From Candidatus Xenobia bacterium (GTDB lineage Bacteria > Vulcanimicrobiota > Xenobia > Xenobiales > QWHO01), in NCBI GenBank assembly GCA_045863235.1, contig BTUM01000085.1, positions 1-33,828 on the forward strand: 33,828 bases of DNA, given 5' to 3'. Shown piece after piece: positions 1 to 8,576 of this stretch (its first letter is position 1; the number at the start of each line of letters is the position of its first letter). The notes below the pieces were generated by a model that searched no databases, was not told the origin of the DNA, and saw only the letters and a program-made list of their open reading frames with translations. The position numbers were made by a program, and so were the translations under genes.

Positions 1-206
1 TTTCCCTAGCAGGGGCGCCATTGCTGGCTGCCTGTAGGCATCATACCAGCACAGGCATGCGGTGGGGCACGCCCGGTGCGGAGAACATCCTGCAGCTGCG
101 CTGCCTCCAAGCTAGCGGTCGCTGGGACGAGTTTTGCACAACCCGTGCCAGCAAAAGAACCCAGCGATTCTCGAGGCTCAAATCCGCATGGTTGTCGGCC
201 GCTTAG
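1..206 (+). pseudogene. C-terminal remnant of an ISKra4/ISLre2-like (Mutator-superfamily) DDE transposase
   Basis: AACRH..TGMRWGTPGAENILQLRCLQASGRWDEF matches the C-terminal pattern of these transposases (GSG.IE.ACR...R....GMRW...GA..IL.LR....SG.WD.FW). The upstream part (FPSRGAIA) lies in another frame and the RH-to-GMRW spacing is shortened, so it is degraded. Truncated by the window start. Confidence 0.7.
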
Positions 207-232
207 TTTACCGATCTTTTGGAGTTACACCC
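207..232 (+). mobile_element. Probable right end / terminal inverted repeat of the IS remnant
   Basis: TTTTGGAGTTACACCC ends at 232, 26 nt after the transposase stop. Its reverse complement begins GGGTGTAACTCC, resembling the GGG-initiated ends of ISKra4-type elements. The left end is outside the window. Confidence 0.45.
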
Positions 233-279
233 ATTCGACGATTCGAGGCGGCGCTCAAGCGAATCTATATCTGGGTCGG

Positions 280-879
280 TCAGACGCGACAGGAGGTAAA
301 CAGGAGCGTGTTGGGGTGGTTGAACACGTCGTGGCGGATCTCGGCCTGGATGTCGCTGAAATACTCGCGGATCAGGCGCTCGTAGCCTTCCTGGTCGCGG
401 ATGAACTTGCCCCGGTCCAGGCGCAGCCAGATGCGGGTGAACCAGTGCTGGCCGGGCACGAAGCAGCCGTCCACCGTAACCAGGCGGCCGCCCGGACGCA
501 GGTAGCCGCGGGCTAGCTCGAGCAGCTTGCGGGCGTTCTCGTCGTCGAGGTGGTGCAGAACGCCCGTAGCGATGACGGTGTCGAAGTAGGCCGGCTGGGC
601 CACCGAGTGGTCCTTGATCAGCTGGCACAGAAAGCGCCCGCGGTGGCCGTACAGCTTCTGGGCCGCCTCGATGTAAGCCTGGCTCCCATCCACGCCCCAG
701 TACTCGATGTCGCACTTGATCCAGGGTAAGATCACGCCCGGACCGCAACCGATGTCGAGAATGCGATGCCCGGGCTCGGGGCGCACGAAGCGCGAAACGT
801 AGACCTCGTAGAACTTGCGTCCCCGGCTGAGGGTCTGAAACCAGGTGTAGATCCGGGGCCACCGGAGCAGAAATCTCAT
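280..879 (-). CDS. Class I SAM-dependent methyltransferase
   Basis: Motif I RILDIGCGPG, YWGVD, FDTVIATGVLHHL, LRPGGRLV; 6 nt downstream of the S41 peptidase stop. Confidence 0.9.
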   Translation of the reverse strand: MRFLLRWPRIYTWFQTLSRGRKFYEVYVSRFVRPEPGHRILDIGCGPGVILPWIKCDIEYWGVDGSQAYIEAAQKLYGHRGRFLCQLIKDHSVAQPAYFDTVIATGVLHHLDDENARKLLELARGYLRPGGRLVTVDGCFVPGQHWFTRIWLRLDRGKFIRDQEGYERLIREYFSDIQAEIRHDVFNHPNTLLFTSCRV

Positions 880-885
880 CGGCTC

Positions 886-2085
886 TCAGGGGCTTCGGGG
901 TGGCTGGGCCTTGTCCTGGATCATCCGGACCGCCTCACGCAGGGCCGCTTCGCGCTGCGGGTCGCGCCCGGCCGAGTAGGGGAGGGCTCGATCCACCGAC
1001 AGGTCGGGCTCCACCCCCACGCCCTCGAGTCGCTCTCCGTCGATCAAGGCGTCTCCCACCGCCAGATAGAGGAGATTGCCGCTCTTGAGCAGGTAGGGGC
1101 GGCCGAAGACGACCGCCCCGCCGGTGCGCTCTCCCACCACCCGGCCCAGAGCGTAGCGGCGCACCGCGAAGGCCAGGATTTCCTTGCCGCTGCGGCTGGT
1201 CTCATCCACCAGCAGCACCAGCGGCTTGCGCCAGGTGGAATCCATCTGCACCCGATTCTGGCGACCGATGAAGGTGATGGAGGGGAGGCGGGCATTGAAC
1301 AGGTTCAGGTAATCGGGCGAGGCTCCGCCCCAGCCGCCTCGCAGGTCCAGCACCAGGGCCTCGGCCTCCTTGAGCGGGCCGTCCAGGAGGGCCTCCTCCA
1401 TCGCCTGCTGGTAGCTGTCGCTGGCGTAGCTCCACAGGTGGGCATAGGCCACCTTGCGCCCCTGCACCTCCTCTACCCGCAAGCTCTTCTTGAGAGCGTG
1501 CAAGAACATGGTGCGCCCATCCAGACGGCGCGGCTTGACCTGTAGCTGCAGCTCGGGCCCGCCCGCCTGGCGCCGCAGTTGCAGCGTCACCGGGCGTCCT
1601 TCGGTCAACTCGACCGGCAGGGGAGCGAGCAGCTCGTCCCCCTCCAGCACTCCCGCCTCGTCGCCCGGCCCGCCCTCGAGCACGCCGCTGACGAAGCTCT
1701 TGCCGTCGAGCTCGCGGCTGGTCAGTCCCAGCCCTACATAGACCGGGCCCTTGGGCAAGACCCTCCGGATGCGTTTGGAGAAGTCGCCCCGATCGAAGAC
1801 CGCCAGGAGCTGGTAATACTCCGGCTGCTGGCGGTGGTAGTAGGCCACGTGCGAGGTCTTCAGCCGGGCCAGCATGGCCGAGATGATGCCGGCCAGCTCC
1901 GCCTCACCCGCCAGGCGGGCGCGCGGCTCGAGCTCTGCGCGCACGGCCTCCCAATCCAGGCCCCCCAGCTTCTCATCGTAGAACTCGCGCCGCACCGTCT
2001 CCCACACTTCGGAGAAGTCCGAGAGCCGGGCCTGGGCCGAGGCCGGCACGACCAGCAACAACACCAGCAAGACGAGCCGCTTCAT
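886..2085 (-). CDS. Secreted S41-family (tail-specific/CtpA-like) peptidase with PDZ domain
   Basis: Signal peptide MKRLVLLVLLLVVPASAQA; GLGL PDZ loop, DLRGGWGG, LLVDETSRSGKE (catalytic Ser), VVGERTGG, LEGVGVEPD. Confidence 0.9.
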   Translation of the reverse strand: MKRLVLLVLLLVVPASAQARLSDFSEVWETVRREFYDEKLGGLDWEAVRAELEPRARLAGEAELAGIISAMLARLKTSHVAYYHRQQPEYYQLLAVFDRGDFSKRIRRVLPKGPVYVGLGLTSRELDGKSFVSGVLEGGPGDEAGVLEGDELLAPLPVELTEGRPVTLQLRRQAGGPELQLQVKPRRLDGRTMFLHALKKSLRVEEVQGRKVAYAHLWSYASDSYQQAMEEALLDGPLKEAEALVLDLRGGWGGASPDYLNLFNARLPSITFIGRQNRVQMDSTWRKPLVLLVDETSRSGKEILAFAVRRYALGRVVGERTGGAVVFGRPYLLKSGNLLYLAVGDALIDGERLEGVGVEPDLSVDRALPYSAGRDPQREAALREAVRMIQDKAQPPRSP

Positions 2086-2122
2086 GAAACTGGCTTGGCG
2101 TGCCCGGACGGGAGTCCTCCTG

Positions 2123-3529
2123 TCAGGCGTAAGCCTGGTTGGATGGGACTGCGGTATTCATCGCCAGTTGCAGGTTCTCGAGCAGGCCCTTCAGCTCGGG
2201 GCGCTCCTTCATCCAGTCGGAGAAGGTCTGCTGGAAGCCCCCGGGGGCCTGCTCCTGGACGTACTGATTGAAGCTGACCAGGTAGAAGTAGCGCTTGAGG
2301 TAGTCCTGCCCGCGCTCGAGCGCGTGGGAGTCGCCTGCTTCGGCCTGCTGCTTGAGCCTGGCGATGGAGGTGCGCAGGTTCTGCATGGCGCTGGTGCGGT
2401 CGATGGCGGCATCCACTCCGGCTTTAGCCTGCGGACCCTGCTCCAGGGCCCGGATCAGGCCCAGGATGACCCGATAGTCGCCGTTGGCGTAGCTACCCAC
2501 CTCTTTGATCTGCTCGCGCACCGCGCCGCGGTTCGAGATGGTTCCCTCGGAGCCATCCATCAGGTCGGCGATCACCATCGCCGTGGTGGTGCGGCCCCGC
2601 CCGGCGTGGCAGTTCATCACCCGGGGAGTGTCATCGCTCACCCCCTTCAGGCGGGCCACCAGGGCGTCGAAGTCGGCCTCCTCGGGAACCTTCTCGTCGG
2701 TGACCGGGATGCGGGCGTAGTCCACCTGAAAGCCCTCCCGGGCCATCTGTTGGAAGACCTCGAGCGGGGTCTGCAGGCTGGCTGCATCCACGCTCACCCA
2801 GCGGGCCTGCACCTTTCCATCGGGGGTCTCCTCGTGAAGCAGGATGCGTCCGCCGTGGGCGGCGGCCTCCTTGAGCACCTCGGCCTTGAGGGCTTCCTCC
2901 TGAGCCTCGACCTGGGCCGGCGTGCGGCCCGGCTGCTCGAGGTTGGCGAAGGGGTGGGCCAGCTCGCGCAAGGTGACCGAGCGACCCTGGATGTAGAGAG
3001 CGGGCTCCTCGCGCATGGTCGTCCAGACCACCTTCTGGTGGTCGGCGCCCAGACGCTTGAGCACGCTGCGCAATCCGTCCACCGTGGGCTGGGCCACCCC
3101 GTAGATGCTGGTGCCCGCTACCCCGCGGAAGTTGGGGGCGCCTGGCACGACTTCCAGCGAGCCATTCTGCAGGGTGGGATAGTGGTCGTACTTGAGCATG
3201 CGCCCGCTGGACAGATTGGCCTGAGAGCGGGCTTCCACGTGCCGGGCAGCCTCCGCGGGGGAGGCTACGGTGCTTTGAGCCACGGTGATGGCGGCGGACG
3301 GGCCCGGCACGAAACTGGCCGCCAGGCCAAGCCCGGTCAGGCCCAGCGCCAGGGCAGCCGCCCACAGGCGGGGGCTGGAGATCTTGCTGGCCGGCTCGGG
3401 CGAGCTCTTAGCGGGGATCGGAGCCCCGGGCTCATAGGTCTCGATCGGCGGCTGGCTTTCCCGCCAGGGCTCGCGCAGGCCGCTCGCAGACGGGGAGGTG
3501 CTGACGAAGGGGAGGCCGGGAATCTGCAC
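2123..3529 (-). CDS. Paladin-like / PTP-like inositol-polyphosphate phosphatase with N-terminal low-complexity region and TM helix
   Basis: Intact CX5R loop NCHAGRGRTTT; paladin-type blocks APNFR..IYGVAQPT, W..MREEP.LYI.G...LRE, YARIPVTDE..P, YLKRYFYLVSF; hydrophobic LWAAALALGLTGLGLAASFV around residues 54-73. Confidence 0.85.
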   Translation of the reverse strand: MQIPGLPFVSTSPSASGLREPWRESQPPIETYEPGAPIPAKSSPEPASKISSPRLWAAALALGLTGLGLAASFVPGPSAAITVAQSTVASPAEAARHVEARSQANLSSGRMLKYDHYPTLQNGSLEVVPGAPNFRGVAGTSIYGVAQPTVDGLRSVLKRLGADHQKVVWTTMREEPALYIQGRSVTLRELAHPFANLEQPGRTPAQVEAQEEALKAEVLKEAAAHGGRILLHEETPDGKVQARWVSVDAASLQTPLEVFQQMAREGFQVDYARIPVTDEKVPEEADFDALVARLKGVSDDTPRVMNCHAGRGRTTTAMVIADLMDGSEGTISNRGAVREQIKEVGSYANGDYRVILGLIRALEQGPQAKAGVDAAIDRTSAMQNLRTSIARLKQQAEAGDSHALERGQDYLKRYFYLVSFNQYVQEQAPGGFQQTFSDWMKERPELKGLLENLQLAMNTAVPSNQAYA

Positions 3530-3535
3530 ACGGGG

Positions 3536-3544
3536 AGTATACCA
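3536..3544 (-). promoter_or_regulatory. Extended -10 promoter (TGgTATACT) of a probably leaderless transcript
   Basis: The minus strand reads TGG-TATACT-CCCCGT-GTG(start). The -10 hexamer is 6 nt before the start codon and there is no Shine-Dalgarno. Confidence 0.65.
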
Positions 3545-3566
3545 GATTCTCAGCCAGTGGGCCTTC

Positions 3567-3707
3567 CTGCCCGGGATTTCTGGGCAGATCTACACTCCCG
3601 CGCGTTGACCTGTTCATAATTGGAACGCGCGGGAGTGTAGACAATCTGTTGAACGGCGCCGCGCCAATTCCTGAAGTGTTCAACGCGCGGCGCCTTAGCA
3701 CTTCAGG
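3567..3707. repeat. Cluster of inverted repeats (structured intergenic element A)
   Basis: Perfect 18-bp IR 3589-3606/3624-3641; 10-bp IR 3655-3664/3685-3694; 9-bp IR 3670-3678/3699-3707; 7-bp IR 3648-3654/3678-3684; 6-bp IR 3567-3572/3582-3587. Confidence 0.85.
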
Positions 3708-5277
3708 CTCTCAGCCTGCGCTCGACCTCCTCGGGCTCGGCCGGTTTGCCGAAGTGGTAGCCCTGACCCAGGTGGCAACCGAGGTCGCGCAGGCACTCGT
3801 GCTGGGCGGCTGTCTCGATGCCCTCGGCCAGAGACTCCATGCCCAGGTTGTGGGCCAACTCGATCACGGCGCTGGCGATGGAAGCGTCCTTATAGTCGTC
3901 GGGCAGGCCGTGCACGAAGGAGGAATCGAGCTTGAGCAGGTGGCTTCTGAGGCTCTTGAGGCGCGAGAGCGAGGAGTGGCCCACCCCGAAGTCGTCGATG
4001 GCCACCTTCAGGCCCAGCTCCTCCAGCCCGGCCAGAATGCGATCGGTGTCGGCCCCGGCGCGCATGATGGCGGTCTCGGTCACCTCGATCTCGATGCTGC
4101 CCGGGGGCAGGCGATGACGCTCGAGCAACTGTTTCAGTCGGGCCAGGAAGTCGGGGTGCATGAATTGGGCCACGGAGACGTTGCAGGCCACCTTCAGGCG
4201 GGCCCCCTGGGCGTGCCAGAGTGCGGCCTGGCGCAAAGCCTCTTGCAGAACCCAATCGCCGATGGGAATGATCAGGCCGTTTTCCTCGGCCATGGGGATG
4301 AAGAGGGCCGGTGAGGTCAGTCCACGGTCGGGCGAGAGCCAGCGGATCAACGCTTCGACTCCCACCATCCGGCTCGTTCCGAGTTCCACCACCGGCTGAT
4401 AGGCCAGAAAGAACTCGCCCCGGCGCAGGGCCTGGCGCAGCCGATTCTCGATGGCCATGCGCTCGGACTTCTCGCGCAAGAGGTCGCCGGAATAGAACTC
4501 GTAGCGGGTTCTCCCCAGCTCCTTGGCGCGATAGAGGGCGCTTTCGGCGCACTTGAGGGTCAGCTGGGGGTCGAGCTCGGGGTGTACCAGCGCGATGCCG
4601 ATGCTGGCCCCCACATAGACTTCGCTCCCGTCGATCTCGAAGGGGGCCACCAGGCTCTCCAGCACCCGCTCGGCTACGGAGCCGGCTTCCAGGCCCGGGT
4701 CGCGCCGCCGGCGCCGATCCAGCTCGTGGCCAGGGGCTTCGTGGGCGCGGGCCGAGAGCACCACCAGGAACTCGTCTTCGCCCCGCCGACTGACCAGGTC
4801 GGTGGCCCGCAAGGTGGAGGCCAGCCTGAGACCGACCTGGCGCAGGAGCTCGTCCCCGGTGCGGTAGCCGAGCACCGCGTTGATGACGTGAAAACGGTCC
4901 AGGTCGACCACCAGCAGCGCCGAGCTCGAGTGCACCTGGGCATCCAGCGAGCGCAGGGCGGTCTCCATGGGGACCAGCCGACGACCCGGCTCGGGGGCGG
5001 CTCGCGGACCAGGGCGGGTGCGCTGCTCGGGGAGCGAGCGCAGCACCACCAGCTCGGCCTCGGCTCCCTGCCAGGTGATGGCATGGCGCGAGACAAAGGC
5101 GCGGCCCAGGCCGGGGATAGCCAGGGTCGAGTCGGTGGGGAGGTCGAGCTCGCGCCCCTCGATGGGGCCAAAGAGCTCTCGGGCCCGCTCGTTGGCAAAG
5201 GAGACGACTCCATCGTAGCGCAGGATCAGCAAGGGCTCCAGGGCGGCGAGAATACCGTGCAGGTCGCGTGGGTTCAT
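3703..5277 (-). CDS. PAS-like/GGDEF(degenerate)/EAL protein, probable c-di-GMP phosphodiesterase
   Basis: [16 protein letters not shown]-site reads GEDEF; EAL domain [45 protein letters not shown]. Confidence 0.92.
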   Translation of the reverse strand: MNPRDLHGILAALEPLLILRYDGVVSFANERARELFGPIEGRELDLPTDSTLAIPGLGRAFVSRHAITWQGAEAELVVLRSLPEQRTRPGPRAAPEPGRRLVPMETALRSLDAQVHSSSALLVVDLDRFHVINAVLGYRTGDELLRQVGLRLASTLRATDLVSRRGEDEFLVVLSARAHEAPGHELDRRRRRDPGLEAGSVAERVLESLVAPFEIDGSEVYVGASIGIALVHPELDPQLTLKCAESALYRAKELGRTRYEFYSGDLLREKSERMAIENRLRQALRRGEFFLAYQPVVELGTSRMVGVEALIRWLSPDRGLTSPALFIPMAEENGLIIPIGDWVLQEALRQAALWHAQGARLKVACNVSVAQFMHPDFLARLKQLLERHRLPPGSIEIEVTETAIMRAGADTDRILAGLEELGLKVAIDDFGVGHSSLSRLKSLRSHLLKLDSSFVHGLPDDYKDASIASAVIELAHNLGMESLAEGIETAAQHECLRDLGCHLGQGYHFGKPAEPEEVERRLRA

Positions 5278-7844
5278 GGCGGCCCCGCCAGGGGCAGACT
5301 GAAGGAGAACCGGCTGCCCTTGCCCAGCTCGCTTTCGACCCCGATGCGGCCCCCGTGCTGGGTTACGATGCTCTTGCAGATGGCCAGCCCCAGACCGGTG
5401 CCCCCTTTGACGCGGGCGTCCGAGGCATCCACCTGCTGGAAGCGTCCGAAGACCGCGTCCAGCTTGTCGGCCGGAATGCCACGGCCCTGGTCGGTGACCG
5501 TGAATTCGACGCTGTGATCGACCAGGCGGACGCTCAGAGCGACCGTTTGCCCCTCACTGGAGAACTTGACCGCATTGGAGAGCAGGTTCACCAGCGTTTG
5601 CACCACCCGATCTGGGTCGGCTCGCAGCGGAGACTGCAGGCTGTGGCTCTCGAGCAGCACCTTGCCCTTCTCGGCCAGTGGCTTGACGATATCCAGGGCC
5701 GAGGTCACCAGAGCGGAAACTTCGGTATCCGAGACGTTGAGGCTGACCTTGCCCGATTCCATGCGCTCGATGTCGAGAATGTCGTTGATCAGCCGCACCA
5801 GGCGGTCGGTGTTGTTGACCGCGATGTCCACCATCCGCTGGGCCTTGGGGCCGAGCTGGCCCAGCGCTCCCCCCGCCAGAAGACCCAGAGAGCCCCGGAT
5901 GGAAGTCAGCGGTGTGCGCAGCTCATGGCTGACCACCGAGACAAACTCATCCTTCATGCGCTCGACCTCTTTGTAGGCGGTAATGTCGCGAAAGCTTACC
6001 ACCGTTCCGAGCTGGCGTCCATGCTCTCGGATGGGGGTAACCACCAGCTCGGCCGGAAATCCTGTGCCATCTTTGCGCTGGAACCATTCGTCGCGGTCGG
6101 ACAGAGTGGCCGATTGGGTCAGCGGGCAGTCGCTGCGTCCGTGCCGCGAGCCCGCGTGCACCAGGTCGTGGAGGTGAGCGCCCAAAAGCTCCAGGGCGTG
6201 ATATCCTGTCAGCCGGACGGCGGCCGGATTGGCGAAGGTGACCCGGCCGAGCTCATCCAGCCCGCAGATCCCGTCCCCGGCCGAGTTCAAGATGAGCTCC
6301 ATCTGCCGATTGATCCGTTCCAGGCTCTCGCGCACTCGACCACGTTCGATCGACTGGCCGATCTGGGAAGCCAGCGTCATGACCAGCTGCATGAGATCGG
6401 GGTCGGGCTCGAGCGGCCCGCGACGGAAGAACTCTATCACCGTGAGCACCTTGCCTTCGACCATGATGGGGAAAGCCAGAGCGCCTTTGAGACCGGCCTT
6501 GAGAGCCGGGCCGGCCCGGATGAAGATGGGATCGCTCTGCACGTCGGCTACCCAGGCCGGAATCTTCTGTTGATAGACCCGGCCCGGCAGACTCGTGGAG
6601 CGAGCGGCGAACGAGGAGCAGGCCTGGGTGAAGGTCTTCAGCTCGTCGGCCGAGCCTCGAGTCCACGAGCTCTGGAGCTCGAGCGTGTCGTCTAGCTCGT
6701 CCACGCTCCAGAGCAGGGCCACATCCCAACCCAGTCCCTCGCCCAGGGTGTCGAGCAGGCGAGGCATGCTATCCACTGTCGAGGTTGTCTGGGCCAGTTG
6801 GCGGGCCAGGGCGTACTGGACCTCCCGGCGGCTCTGGTTGGTCTTGAGGTCGGTAATGTCGCGGGCCAGAACGTAGAGGCAGCGCTCCTCCGGGAAGGCG
6901 CGACAATTCCAGGCCAGCCAGCGGTGCAGGCCGTCGCGCCGGCGAAAACGGGCTTCGAAGGCACAGCTTGCCTGGCCCTGTCGGCTGCTCTCCAGCTCGC
7001 GCTCGGCCTGGACCTGGTCGTCGGGATGAAGAAAATCTTGCAACGGGCGACCCTCGAGCTCGGCGCGGCTGTACCCGAACAGGGCCATCCAGACCGAGTT
7101 GAGACGCTGAAAGCGGTTCTCAAAGTCGAGCGTGGCCAGCGGGTCGGCCGTGCTCTCGAACTGGCGATCGCGTTCCAGCTCGGCTCGGGCTTCCTGGCGC
7201 AAGGAGCGGCCGAGGGCAAGAAAGGAACCGACCGAGAGGGCCACCGCCAGCAGGGCTTCGCCCAGCACGGCCAGTTGGGCAGTCCGGGCCTGACTGGCCA
7301 TGGTGGTCCGTAACGAGCTCAGCCGTTGGTGTCCGCTGGCGCGCAGGTCTTCGGCTGCGGCCAGAAGCTCGCCCATCAAGGCTCTGCCCTCTTCGGCTCG
7401 GATGGACGCGACCGCCTCGGGGGTGCGTCCGGTCGTGGCCAGCTCGATGAGGCTCTCCATATGCTGGCGCAATGCCAGGAAAGCGTTTTCCAGTCGGGTC
7501 ATGCGCTGGGCGTCTTCGGGGATTTGGGCCACGAGCTCCCGGGTTCTGGCCAGGTGGAGGTCGAGGGTGCCGTGGACCTCCCGAAACTCGTCGAGGTAGA
7601 TGGCTTCCCCGGTGAGGATCAGGGCGCGCTCGCTGGCTTTCATCTGAAAGAGCCGGCTGATCAGGTCTTCTACGGAGTGTTGGGCTTGCAGGGTCCGGGC
7701 CGCTTGCTCGGTGGTGCGAGCGTAAGAGCTGCTCGCGTAGTAGGCGAAGCTGCCTCCCAGCACCAGGATGGCAACCTGCACCAGGATCATCAGGGGGAGA
7801 TGGTTGCGGATCAGGCTCAAGCCGGGTGGCCGCCGATCGTCCAT
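5274..7844 (-). CDS. Membrane sensor histidine kinase: TM-CHASE3-TM-PAS-GAF-PAS-HisKA-HATPase
   Basis: CHASE3-like [20 protein letters not shown] motifs FLHPDD and FQRKDG; GAF with LAFPI; H-box [13 protein letters not shown]-box [10 protein letters not shown] boxes DQGRGI and [13 protein letters not shown] overlap with the downstream gene. Confidence 0.93.
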   Translation of the reverse strand: MDDRRPPGLSLIRNHLPLMILVQVAILVLGGSFAYYASSSYARTTEQAARTLQAQHSVEDLISRLFQMKASERALILTGEAIYLDEFREVHGTLDLHLARTRELVAQIPEDAQRMTRLENAFLALRQHMESLIELATTGRTPEAVASIRAEEGRALMGELLAAAEDLRASGHQRLSSLRTTMASQARTAQLAVLGEALLAVALSVGSFLALGRSLRQEARAELERDRQFESTADPLATLDFENRFQRLNSVWMALFGYSRAELEGRPLQDFLHPDDQVQAERELESSRQGQASCAFEARFRRRDGLHRWLAWNCRAFPEERCLYVLARDITDLKTNQSRREVQYALARQLAQTTSTVDSMPRLLDTLGEGLGWDVALLWSVDELDDTLELQSSWTRGSADELKTFTQACSSFAARSTSLPGRVYQQKIPAWVADVQSDPIFIRAGPALKAGLKGALAFPIMVEGKVLTVIEFFRRGPLEPDPDLMQLVMTLASQIGQSIERGRVRESLERINRQMELILNSAGDGICGLDELGRVTFANPAAVRLTGYHALELLGAHLHDLVHAGSRHGRSDCPLTQSATLSDRDEWFQRKDGTGFPAELVVTPIREHGRQLGTVVSFRDITAYKEVERMKDEFVSVVSHELRTPLTSIRGSLGLLAGGALGQLGPKAQRMVDIAVNNTDRLVRLINDILDIERMESGKVSLNVSDTEVSALVTSALDIVKPLAEKGKVLLESHSLQSPLRADPDRVVQTLVNLLSNAVKFSSEGQTVALSVRLVDHSVEFTVTDQGRGIPADKLDAVFGRFQQVDASDARVKGGTGLGLAICKSIVTQHGGRIGVESELGKGSRFSFSLPLAGPP

Positions 7845-7852
7845 GTGTTCGC

Positions 7853-7882
7853 TTGACCGCCACCGCCCCCCGGGTGTATGAT
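7853..7882 (+). promoter_or_regulatory. Sigma70-type promoter of lexA
   Basis: TTGACC (7853-7858), 18 nt, TATGAT (7877-7882); GGAGG at 7924-7928 precedes the ATG at 7935. Confidence 0.6.
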
Positions 7883-7934
7883 GCGAGCACGGTTCGTTAA
7901 ATTATGCGAATGCATAGTTCCCTGGAGGGAAGAA

Positions 7935-8576
7935 ATGATGAAAACTCTCACCGCTCGCCAGTCCCAGATTCTCCATATGGTCTCCGATTTTCTGCAAGAG
8001 GGTCGATTGCCCTCGGCAATCCGACTCTCCGAAGAGCTCGGTCTGGCCGGAGAATCCAGTGTAACGCCAATCTTGAAGGCACTTGAGAAAAAAGGCTACC
8101 TTGATATCCAGGGTGGTATCAAGGGGCGCCCCCGCCAGCTGAGCTTGACCCCCAAAGGCAAGCAGGCGGTGCATAAGCCGGGTCTGCCGATTCTGGGCTC
8201 GATACCGGCTGGCCCTCTGCGCGAGGCACTCGAGCAAGCCGGCGAGTTCGCCGAAACGCTCAAGGACCTGTTGCCCTATCAGGACGGCGACTTCTTGTTG
8301 ACCGTCGAAGGCGAGTCCATGATCGGGGACGGTATTCTTCCCGGTGATTGGGTTTTGATCCGGCCGGGCGTAATCCCTGCTGCGGGCGAGATCGTGGCGG
8401 TATGCGTGGGCAGCCACTACGAGGCCACTCTCAAGCGCCTTTACCCCGATCCCAGCAAGGGCAAGGTGCGGCTGGTGGCCTCCAATCCCGACTTCAAGGA
8501 GCAAGCCTACCCGGCGGAAGAGGTCAAGATCGTCGGGGTCCTGCGCGGGGTGGTGCGCCGCCATGTCGGCGGCTGA
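7935..8576 (+). CDS. lexA: LexA-family SOS repressor
   Basis: N-terminal wHTH (LTARQ..IL...PS...L...LG.....V...LKALEKKGY), Ala-Gly cleavage site LGSIPAG, catalytic Ser (GESM) and Lys (ATLKR). Start moved to 7935 on the basis of the RBS. Confidence 0.92.
   Translation: MMKTLTARQSQILHMVSDFLQEGRLPSAIRLSEELGLAGESSVTPILKALEKKGYLDIQGGIKGRPRQLSLTPKGKQAVHKPGLPILGSIPAGPLREALEQAGEFAETLKDLLPYQDGDFLLTVEGESMIGDGILPGDWVLIRPGVIPAAGEIVAVCVGSHYEATLKRLYPDPSKGKVRLVASNPDFKEQAYPAEEVKIVGVLRGVVRRHVGG

Noticed and set aside
2084..3619. Long antisense ORFs (2084-3619, 5268-6695, 10971-13202, 25822-27495, 23229-24587, 29180-30124 and others)
   Set aside because: They are shadow frames of well-supported genes on the other strand, expected at this GC content, and show no motifs.
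3648..3684. Integron attC interpretation of the hairpin elements (GTTRRRY/RYYYAAC-like heptamers at 3648, 3678, 19853 and 23218)
   Set aside because: The boxes are in the wrong order or unpaired, no L boxes with extrahelical bases were found, there is no integrase, and the flanking genes are not cassette-like.
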